From: Neocallimastix sp. 'constans'
Taxonomy: Eukaryota
Assembly: GCA_050613775.1 (NCBI GenBank)
Contig: JBODTK010000015.1
Location: 1,054,001 to 1,118,000 of the forward strand
DNA: 64,000 nucleotides
Direction: 5' to 3'
Position numbers and translations under genes: made by a program. Shown here piece after piece: positions 54,661 through 64,000 of the stretch. Under the pieces are notes generated by a model. That model saw only the letters and a program-made list of their open reading frames with translations, was not told the DNA's origin and did not search any database. Each line of letters starts with the position of its first letter. Within the stretch, counting starts at the first letter, position 1.

Positions 54661-54769
54661 TTACAATGATATCTTTTATAATAATATTAAAAAGAAAAAA
54701 TTACAAAGATATCTTTTATAATAATATTAAAAAGAAAAAATTACAATGATTGCTTTTATAGTAATATTA

Positions 54770-54770
<1 letters not shown>
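54661..54770. repeat. 40-bp direct tandem repeat, about 2.75 copies
   Basis: ttacaa(t/a)gatatcttttataataatattaaaaagaaaaaa at 54661 and 54701, with a partial diverged copy at 54741. Confidence 0.8.
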
Positions 54771-54809
<39 letters not shown>

Positions 54810-55040
54810 ACCTTATAAGTTTCGAAGAGAGTCTTTAACTCATTCTATTTCATTCACTGACGTAAACTTTTTTGTGAATTAATATTATTTGTATTAGAAT
54901 TTTCTTCATGACCTTTTATCATTTCGATACTTTTGGTAATGATAGGTCCAATAATACATAAATTGATCAAGTAAATGAAAATCCAATAAAATACAAATTG
55001 ATCATAATATTAAAAAAAATAAAAAACATACTTTGTCATA

Positions 55041-55112
55041 TTATGCCAATTATGATTAAGTGATTAAGTGATTTAAGTATATTTATTTATCACTTAATCA
55101 CAATTGGCATAA
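55041..55112. repeat. 24-bp inverted repeat with one mismatch and 24-nt spacer (MITE-like hairpin)
   Basis: ttatgccaattatgattaagtgat (55041-55064) and atcacttaatcacaattggcataa (55089-55112); imperfect pairing extends to about 55031/55123. Confidence 0.8.
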
Positions 55113-55956
55113 AATGAGTAAAGCATGCCATTAAATTCTATAAAATATGAAACCAGTTAAATTGAAACTCTTTATCGAAGGTGATTAAAAAAACAAAAAA
55201 AAAAAAACTATTTTATATTATTAACAAATGTATAAAATAAAATAGTTATATATATTATATATGTTAATAATTCTTTTTAAGTTTTATTTCATTTTATATT
55301 TTGAATTTAATATTTTACTTTTATATTTATATTTTAAAATTTATATATATTTATTTTTTTTTATTTTATTATTTTTATTTTAAATGTTATATATTTATTT
55401 AATTTTAATAATACATTTATATATATAATTTTAATATACTTTTTTTTTTTTTAATATATGAATTTCTATTTAAAAATTTATTTAATAATATAAAAATAAT
55501 AAAGATATTGTATATAATAATATAATTTTATGTATGTACTAATATTTCTATAAAATATAATTTTATAATATATATAATTTTTTTTTTTATCATTATTATC
55601 ATTATAATTATAAATATTTTTATTATTATTGTAATTAAATTTTCATTATAAATTTATACACTTTATATTTCTTAAATATAATAAAATATTATTATTACTA
55701 TTTAAATATAAAAGTAATATTTCAACTTTCTTTTTTTCTTAATAATAAAATATTTTTAACTTAATTCAATTTAATTATTTTACATTTTTCTATTTTTTTT
55801 TTTTTTTTTTTTTTTTTTCATATAGATTTTCAATTATTAATTTTTCGTTAAATATATATATTTTTTGATATTTTTTTTTTTAATTTTTAATTTTTAGTTA
55901 TAAATATATATATATATATATATATTTTTTTGGTAATTTTTTTATTTTTTATTTAT

Positions 55957-58900
55957 TTAAATTTTAACACATTGTGAGTAGTAGTCATTGAAATCTTTAC
56001 AGGTCCAACCTTCGACACAACAGTGTGGTCCGGTAAAACCTATACCACCACATTTTTGGTAGGGACCACTACATTCTTCTTCATCAATAGAAGTTTTAGT
56101 AGTTTCTTCTGCGGCGGCGGTTGTACTTTCTTCATCAATGGTAGTAGTCTTAGTTTTAGTAATGGTTGTTTTTACGGTAGTTTTAGTTGTTGGTTGCTTT
56201 GTAACTGTTTTAGTTTTAGTAATGGTAGTAACAGTGGTAGTTTCATCATTTTCATCATCATCTTCTTTTGGTGCAGTTCCAGGAACACATTGAGAATACC
56301 ATTCATTTTGTTTCTTACAGTAATATCCTTCTACACAACATTCAACACCAGCAAATCCTATTCCACCACATCTAGCCCAACCAGCATTACATTTTTCAGT
56401 TGGAGTTTCAGTTGGTTCATCATCAGTAGTAGTTTTGGTAGTTTTCTTTTCAGTAGTTGTGGTAGTAGTTTTCTTTTCAGTAGTAGTAGTAGTAGTAGTA
56501 GTTTCTTCTTCAGTGCTAGTAATTTCCTTTTCTGTGGTAGTGGTAGTAGTTGGAGCTTTAGTAGTAGTAGTTGTCTTTTCAACAACAGTAGTAGTTGGAT
56601 CAACATAAATTGTTGAACTTTCAACAATAGTGACATCTACAGTAGAAGTTTCATATATAGTAACTATTGAAGTTTCTTCTTCTTCTTTATTAGTGGTAGT
56701 TGGTTCAGCTTCAGCAGTAGTTTCTTCCTTCTTAGTAGTAGTTGGTTCAGCTTCAGTTGTAGTTTCTTCCTTCTTAGTAGTAGTTGGTTCAGCTTCAGCA
56801 GTAGTTTCTTCCTTCTTGGTAGTAGTTGGTTCAGCTTCAGAAGTAGTTTCTTCCTTCTTTGTGGTAGTTGGCTCAGCTTCAGCAGTAGTTTCTTCCTTCT
56901 TAGTAGTAGTTGGTTCAACTTCAGTTGTAGTTTCTTCCTTCTTAGGAGTAGTTGGTTCAGCTTCAGTTGTAGTTTCTTCCTTCTTTGTAGTAGTTGGTTC
57001 AACTTCAGTTGTAGTTTCTTCCTTCTTAGTAGTAGTTGGTTCAACTTCAGTTGTAGTTTCTTCCTTCTTAGTAGTAGAAGGTTCAGCTTCAGTTGTAGTT
57101 TCTTCCTTCTTTGTAGTAGTTGGTTCAACTTCAGTTGTAGTTTCTTCCTTCTTTGTAGTAGTTGGTTCAACTTCAGTTGTAGTTTCTTCCTTCTTTGTAG
57201 TAGTTGGTTCAGCTTCAGTAGTAGTTTCTTCTTTCTTAGTAGTAGTTGGTTCAGCTTCAGTGGTAGTTTCTTCTTCCTTAACAGTAGTAGTAGATTCAAC
57301 AACAGTAACAGTAGTCGTATTTTCAACTGGTTGAGCAGTTTCATCAACATGCCATTCAAGAGCTGGTTCAATCTTGAAAGTCTTGGTTTCACCCTTCTTT
57401 AAAGGTACCCAAACGGTTAATGGATCTTTACCAATTTGTTCAAGAGTAGCATCAGATGGAAGAGAAGACTTATCAACACCTTCGGGAACAGTAACTGGTA
57501 CAGTACATTCACCCTCAGAAGCAGTAACGGTAATACCAACAATCTTATTATTTTCAATGACTAATTTAGTTTCATGTCCACAGGCTTCTAATTTAGCACG
57601 TTCAATGAAAGTTTCAGCTTGTCTATCAATCTTAATTGAAATTAAAGGCCAATCCACATACTTAGTGTAGAGTTTTACGACACTTCTAGTCCAATCTTCA
57701 AGAAGAGATTCTCCGTATTCACCTTCCTTCTTATAATAACGAAGGTTAGCTTGATGGAATTGGTGAGCTTCATGACGAAGTTTAGTCATTAAAAGTAAGG
57801 TACGTTTACTTTCACGTTCAGCAATTTCATCCCAGGTAGAATCCTTACCAAAGTAGTTGTGATAGATTTGGTTATACATCCAGGTATTTTCTTCTCTGGA
57901 GGAACAGAAGTAATAAATTTCAGTTGGAGTACGAGGAACGACTGGGAATCCTTCAAGGTTACTACTTTCCATGGTAGTGTAGTATGGAAGGTAAGGATTA
58001 GAAACATTACAGATGGCAGGACGACTAAGATCACCAGTAGCCGAATTGATACCGTACTTTCTGAAGATTTCAAGGGCATCCTTGTTGTGAAGACCAGAAA
58101 TTTGAGGAGTAATGATGGCACCGCCAGACCAGTATTCCTTCTCGGTAAGACCTAACATATCAGCAACTTCAATATTTAAACGAATTTCATTATCAACATC
58201 AGATCTGGAGGCATTATCTAAGTTTTCGTGGGTGAAGGTATGAGAACTCCAGAAGAATTCTCTTTGAGCAGTTTCATTGTGAGCAAAATACTTGTAAAGA
58301 TCATCCTTTTCAAAGGTAGAAAGGTTACCCTTAGTAAATTGATAATTTTCTTTTGGCCAACGCTTATCACCAGTACCTGGTTCCTTGACAAATTCTAAAT
58401 CGACATAACGTTCACCGTCAACTTCAAGGGCTTGATCATAATCAACACTAAGTAAAAGACCGTTACCGTTGAAGGCTAACTCAACTCTATAGAAGGAACC
58501 TTCTGGCATAATATCTAAAACATCCTTTTGGAATTGAGCAATTTTTTGATAATCTTCTGGTTTAGTACGGAATTCTTCACTGTACTTACTGTACTCAACA
58601 TTGTGTTTAACATCAACTAATTCTGTACTTAAGAAGACATCATCAATATGTGGAGTGAAGTAAACACGACGGAAACCGTTGAATAAGGAACGAGTACCCC
58701 AGGTTAACCATAAGTGACCAAGCATAATACTACTTTGAGACCATGAACCGAAACCGAAATAGAAACTCATTTTTTCACGACCATCTTCATACTTTGTGAT
58801 AGTAGCAGCAACAGCACTCTTTTCACCATCATCAGAATAGTATAAGAATGGAAGTGTAGTATTAGTGTTCACAATCTTCACACGACTATGATAAATACCA

Positions 58901-59430
58901 TTGACATCTAATGGAGCAGTAATCTTTACTCTAGCCTCCTTGAAAATATTTTTAATTTCATCATCATCAGCAACAATTAAATCTTGTTTATCTTTGGTTT
59001 CACCCCAATTATTTTGATCTTGTAATTTAATTTCTGGATTGTATGAAATATCTTCAGAAAGAACAACTCTACGAACACTATTTTTAGCTTCATATTCTTC
59101 TAAATAAGCCCATTGTTCCTTATTTAAAGCACTAACCCATGTATTATTAGTTTCATAAGAAAGATAACCACCGTTAATGACAACAAGATTGTATTTTGGT
59201 TCATTATTTTCATCATATAAAGTTAAATTTCCTTTTAATTGATTTGAAGGTGAAAATTCGATATAATCAAAAGGAATACCATATGAATTTAAATTACCAA
59301 TTATAGATTCACTTTCACCACTGAATGTAGATAATACTAAAGTTTTTAAAGTAATCGATTTCTTACAGGCAGCCATGGTTGCAAGCATAACCATGCCTAA
59401 ACCCTTTAACATACAATTTAAACGAACCAT
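55957..59430 (-). CDS. Secreted Agd3-like (CE18) carbohydrate deacetylase with Thr/Glu-rich stalk and two C-terminal CBM1 domains, 1157 aa, intronless
   Basis: N-terminal hydrophobic signal-like segment. Agd3-type motifs GFRRVYFTPHIDDVFL, SHTFTHE, ITPQISGLHNKDAL, PRTPTEIYY, FHQANL, WPLISI and PLTVWV. CBM1 patterns W.RCGG.GF.G..CC..G..C...NEWYSQC (about 56281-56391) and YQKCGG.GFTG..CC..G.TC...NDYYSQC (about 55960-56073). Confidence 0.85.
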   Translation of the reverse strand: MVRLNCMLKGLGMVMLATMAACKKSITLKTLVLSTFSGESESIIGNLNSYGIPFDYIEFSPSNQLKGNLTLYDENNEPKYNLVVINGGYLSYETNNTWVSALNKEQWAYLEEYEAKNSVRRVVLSEDISYNPEIKLQDQNNWGETKDKQDLIVADDDEIKNIFKEARVKITAPLDVNGIYHSRVKIVNTNTTLPFLYYSDDGEKSAVAATITKYEDGREKMSFYFGFGSWSQSSIMLGHLWLTWGTRSLFNGFRRVYFTPHIDDVFLSTELVDVKHNVEYSKYSEEFRTKPEDYQKIAQFQKDVLDIMPEGSFYRVELAFNGNGLLLSVDYDQALEVDGERYVDLEFVKEPGTGDKRWPKENYQFTKGNLSTFEKDDLYKYFAHNETAQREFFWSSHTFTHENLDNASRSDVDNEIRLNIEVADMLGLTEKEYWSGGAIITPQISGLHNKDALEIFRKYGINSATGDLSRPAICNVSNPYLPYYTTMESSNLEGFPVVPRTPTEIYYFCSSREENTWMYNQIYHNYFGKDSTWDEIAERESKRTLLLMTKLRHEAHQFHQANLRYYKKEGEYGESLLEDWTRSVVKLYTKYVDWPLISIKIDRQAETFIERAKLEACGHETKLVIENNKIVGITVTASEGECTVPVTVPEGVDKSSLPSDATLEQIGKDPLTVWVPLKKGETKTFKIEPALEWHVDETAQPVENTTTVTVVESTTTVKEEETTTEAEPTTTKKEETTTEAEPTTTKKEETTTEVEPTTTKKEETTTEVEPTTTKKEETTTEAEPSTTKKEETTTEVEPTTTKKEETTTEVEPTTTKKEETTTEAEPTTPKKEETTTEVEPTTTKKEETTAEAEPTTTKKEETTSEAEPTTTKKEETTAEAEPTTTKKEETTTEAEPTTTKKEETTAEAEPTTTNKEEEETSIVTIYETSTVDVTIVESSTIYVDPTTTVVEKTTTTTKAPTTTTTTEKEITSTEEETTTTTTTTEKKTTTTTTEKKTTKTTTDDEPTETPTEKCNAGWARCGGIGFAGVECCVEGYYCKKQNEWYSQCVPGTAPKEDDDENDETTTVTTITKTKTVTKQPTTKTTVKTTITKTKTTTIDEESTTAAAEETTKTSIDEEECSGPYQKCGGIGFTGPHCCVEGWTCKDFNDYYSQCVKI
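56686..57273 (-). repeat. Coding minisatellite: 14 copies of a 42-bp unit encoding EETT(T/A/S)E(A/V)EPTTTKK
   Basis: Counted from the translated ORF and visible in the DNA. Confidence 0.9.
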
Positions 59431-62400
59431 TATTTTTCTTCTTTTATTTTTTTTTTTTTATTATTTTTATATTATACAATAATTTAATATATATTCCTCC
59501 CTTAAAGATACAAAAACTATAATTTAATATTTTTTCTTTTTTTGATTTTTTTCCTGTTTCCCTTTTTTTTTTTTTTTTTTTTCAAATAAATATATATAAA
59601 ATTAAAATAAAACAATTATTATGTTTTATCTTTTATAAATAAATAGAGTATATATATGTACAAATTAAAATATATATAAATAAATAAATTTTTTACTAAA
59701 CTATAAAGAAAAAAAAAGAACGTTTTCTTTTAAATAAAAAAAAATATTCTTTTCCTTTCTATATTTTTTTTTCTTTTTTTTTTTTTTAAATGAAATAAAT
59801 TTTTGTTGAAAAGTAACAAAATGTGAAAATTGAGCATTTATATATTGAAAAAAAAAAAAAATAAAATAAAATAAAATAAACTTTATTTATAATAAAAAGA
59901 TTTTTTATTTATATTTATAATAAATATTAAAATTAGAAAAAATAAATATTTAATATTTTTTTTTCTTATTAATTACAATTACAATAATAACAATATTTAT
60001 TATTTATTATTAATTTTTTATTTTTATTTCTTAATTATTTTTTGTTATTTCTTATTTCTTATTACTTATTTATTATTTATTTATTATTTATTATTTATTG
60101 TTTATTATTTATTAATTATTATTTATTATTTATTATTTATTATTTATTATTTATTATTTATTATTTATTATTTATTATTTATAATTAATTATTTATAATT
60201 AATTATTTATTATTTATTATTTATTATTATTATTTATAATTTATTATTATTATTTATAATTTATTATTTATTATTAATATTATTAATATTATTATTTAAT
60301 TATATAATATTATATATTATGTATTATTTATTGTTATATATTATTATTTATAATTTATTATTATACTATTATTATTATGCAGAAACACTTTTATAATATA
60401 TTTTTAATAAATGAAATTTAATTTAATTATATATATAAATAATAGTATTTAGAGACTTATTAAATATATTTTTATCTATTATCCAATTATTTCATTGATT
60501 GTTAATCAAATTATAATAAACATTTTTCTCATAAAATCTCAAAAAATAAATAAATTTATAAAAATTAAAATTTAAACCATTTAATTAATTAAAATGTAAA
60601 CATTTTTTATATTATAATTGATTCATTTTATATTGATTATTGAATAACCATAAAAATAAAACTTTTTTAATTTTTTTTTTATATCAGATAGTTTTAAAAT
60701 TATTTCAATACAACTAATAATATATATTTTATTTATTTAATTTAATTATTAATATATGTCCTCTATATATAAATAATATACATAATTTATACTAAATAAA
60801 GCAAATATGATATATACCCAATTATATTTAATATAAAAATGGTATTCTATATAAAATAAAGTTTCCAATATTGTTACTCAAATTTATTAAAATAAATTAA
60901 AAATAAATCAATAAATTAATCAATAAATCAATAAATATATAAGTAATTGAATAAATAAATTTTCATATATAATTAAATATATGATTAAATAATAAACTAA
61001 ATAAATGAGTATAAAACAAATATAGAAATATATTTATTTTTATTTCTATCAATAATAATATTAATATCTTTATTAAATATTTTAATTTTTATTTTTATTA
61101 AATATTTTTATTAAATATTTTTATTAATATTTTTATTAATATATTTTTATTAATATTTTTGTTAATAACAATATTAATATTTATTTTTATATTAATATTT
61201 AACACTTTTTACATCAATCATAATAGCTTTTTTTTTTTGATTATATTGTTATTTCAAGATGAAATAACTTGAAACATTCATTTATATTGATGTTCACCTC
61301 ATCGTATAGCAAATTATTAGTAAATATTTTTATAATTGGTTTTCATAAAATTATTAAAAATATTTATATACATATTTTATTTTATGATTTTGTTGAAGTA
61401 ATATTATTTAATGTTATTTTTATTTATAATAATATCATAAAATAAATAGAATATAAGAGTTTTATTATTTTTATAATTATTTATTTATAATAATATCATA
61501 AACGAATCATCAAATAAATAGAATAAAAGAGTTTTATTATTTTTATAATTATTTATAATCCTTATAAAGATGAATTAACTAAATTATTTCATTTTTATTT
61601 CAAGTTATAAGTTGTAACTAAATCTAATAATAACTCCCTAACACTAACCAACAAAAATCTTTTTACTCTAAAAAGGTCATTAATGTTTTTTTTTTTTTTT
61701 TTTTAATTTTTATACCTATTTATTTTTAACCAACAATAATAGTATTTATATAAATTATCTTGTCTCTAAAGAGACACTCTATATTTTAAATGGTTAATAA
61801 AAATCTTTTTATCCTCTCTGTGAATTATTTCTATTGTATTGTATAGTATTATTATATTTGGTGGTGTATTTAATACAACAATTATTAAATTATATAGACA
61901 AATAAAATTAAATTATGATATAAATGAATAAATAAATAAAAAGAATATCAATAAATAATCAATATAGAATTAATTAATGAATAAACTAATCAGAGTAAAT
62001 AATAAAAAATAAAAAAAAATAATAATAAAGATAATAGTAAAGAGTAAATAATAAAAAATAAAAAAAAAATATTAAAGATAATAGTAAATAATAAATAATT
62101 ATTATTAATTTATTATTCAAAAAAAAAAAAGATTAAATATTATAAATTAAAAAAAAATATATAATAAAATAAAGTAAGTAAATTTAATAAATAACAATAA
62201 TTAATCATGTAAAACTTCAATACCAATTAGTAAAAAATTAAACAAAAAAAAATGAAACATTAAACAATAATATCATAATATTATTAAAAAAAAAAAAAGA
62301 AAAATAAAGAAAAGCATCAACGGTGAAAGGCATCACCATTATATACATTATATTGAATGTAATCTCTTTTTTTTTTTTTTAACATTATGTCCTTCCAAAT

Positions 62401-62534
62401 AATAGTCAACATTTTTGGCACTTCCAAATAATAATAATAATAGTAAATCTAAAACATTCTGAAATTCCTCCATACAAAAAATATTTATTAATTAAAGTTT
62501 ATCAATATATTAAGATTAAATTAAACAAAAAATA

Positions 62535-62722
62535 AATAGATAAATAATAATAAATAAATAGATAAATAATAATAAATAAATAGATATATAATAATAAATA
62601 AATAGATAAATAATAATAAATAAATAGATAAATAATAATAAATAAATAGATAAATAATAATAAATAAATAGATAAATAATAATAAATAAATAGATAAATA
62701 ATAATAAATAAATAGATAAATA
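62535..62722. repeat. 22-bp AT-rich tandem repeat (taaataataataaataaataga)n
   Basis: About 8 units seen directly; they explain spurious ORFs 62502-62753 and 62516-62746. Confidence 0.8.
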
Positions 62723-64000
62723 AATGAATAAATAAAAAAAAAACATTTACCAAAAATTTAATTTAATTTAATTTAATTTACTTTTATTAATCTTAAAAAT
62801 TTTAAATCTTAAATAAGTCGATAGTTCATTGGATATTTAACATTTTGATTGTGATACAATGAATAAAAATGAATTATTAAAAATTAGAAAATTTTAAAAA
62901 AAAAAAAATTTATTTTATATATTAAAAAATTAAATTAATAATTAAATAATTAAATAAATGTTGAAAAACTTTAAAGCTACTTATTATTATTATTATTTTT
63001 TATTATTTTTTATTATTATTTTTTATTATTATTTATTATTTATTATTATTATTTATTATTATTAGTACTTATTATTTTAATAATAATAAATAATTAAATA
63101 ATAAAAAATAAATAATAAAAAAAACACTTATTAATAAATAAATTAATAAATAAAAAAAATATTTATTAATAAAAACTAATCAATGAATTGAATTGAATAG
63201 TTAACAAATGAATAAATAGAAATATAATATAGAGTAGTTCTATTTCATATCTCAATTTTGAAAAGTACAAAATTAAAAGCTAAAAGAAAGGATACATAAA
63301 GAAAGAGCAAAAAACAAAATAATCTATAGATATCAGATAAATATAACAAATCTACTTTAATATAAAAATATATATATATTATTATTATTTTAATCTTCTT
63401 ATATATATGTATATATAATCGATCCATTTTTCTCTCTTTATGCCAGAAAAGAATATTAATAATAAAATTCAAAGGTAAAACATAATATAATATAATAGTA
63501 ACATATTTAAATAGTAAATGAGAATTAAATATTGTTTTTACTATTTATTGGTTCTTACTATAATTAATTAAAAGAAAATAATAAAATTAAAAAAATGCTA
63601 TGAAAATCTTTTAATATTATTTAATTAACTTCTGGTAAAAAATTTTATTAATAAATTTTTATATTTATATCTATTTATATTTATTTATATATATTTAAAT
63701 ATTTTATATTTATATTTATTTATATATATTTAAATATTTTATATTTAAATCTATTTATATATATTTAAATATTTTATATTTATATTTATATATATATATT
63801 TAAATATTTTATATTTATATCTATTTATATATATATATATTTATTGTATTATTATCAAATAGTTATTATTCAACTTAATATGGTAAACTATTATTAAAAC
63901 AATATTAATATAAATTAATTAAAGTCTTATTATTATTCCTTTTGAAAAATAACAAAATTATAAATATATATATATTTTTTGGACCTCAATAAAAGATTAG

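Noticed and set aside
55960..56391. Fungal dockerin (CBM10-like) domains implying a cellulosome subunit
   Set aside because: The CGG...CC...C...N.(W/Y)YSQC pattern is CBM1, not the dockerin pattern ending in WGVEN..WCG.
56686..57273. CRISPR-like periodicity
   Set aside because: Contiguous tandem units with no unique spacers, in frame inside a eukaryotic CDS, and no cas genes.
56023..58155. Overlapping ORFs in the Agd3-like gene, including VVSSFLVVVGS and LLLRRKKL repeats
   Set aside because: Other-frame readings of the 42-bp coding minisatellite and the main CDS.

Overview
Extremely AT-rich eukaryotic genomic DNA with GT-AG introns, poly(A/T) tracts and (AAT)n microsatellites. Composition plus a CBM1-bearing secreted enzyme suggest an anaerobic gut fungus (Neocallimastigomycota); this is an inference. 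Genes: the 3' end of an unknown gene, an intronless kelch protein, a ~12-exon Rom2-type RhoGEF, an intronless ankyrin-repeat protein, two near-identical head-to-head sugar-porter genes inside a ~7.4 kb imperfect palindrome, a copine, a NAM8/NGR1-like triple-RRM protein, and a secreted Agd3-like (CE18) deacetylase with a Thr/Glu stalk and two CBM1 domains. There are also LINE and MULE relics and several short hairpin elements. The standout is the ankyrin protein (26822-30142, minus): about 25 ankyrin repeats are fused to a full-length bacterial Txe/YoeB toxin (ribosome-dependent mRNase) domain with the catalytic E/R/H/Y residues intact. It has no signal peptide and no neighbouring antitoxin gene, so it is a candidate horizontally derived sensor-effector or cell-death system in a fungus. 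Exon boundaries and alignments were read by eye.
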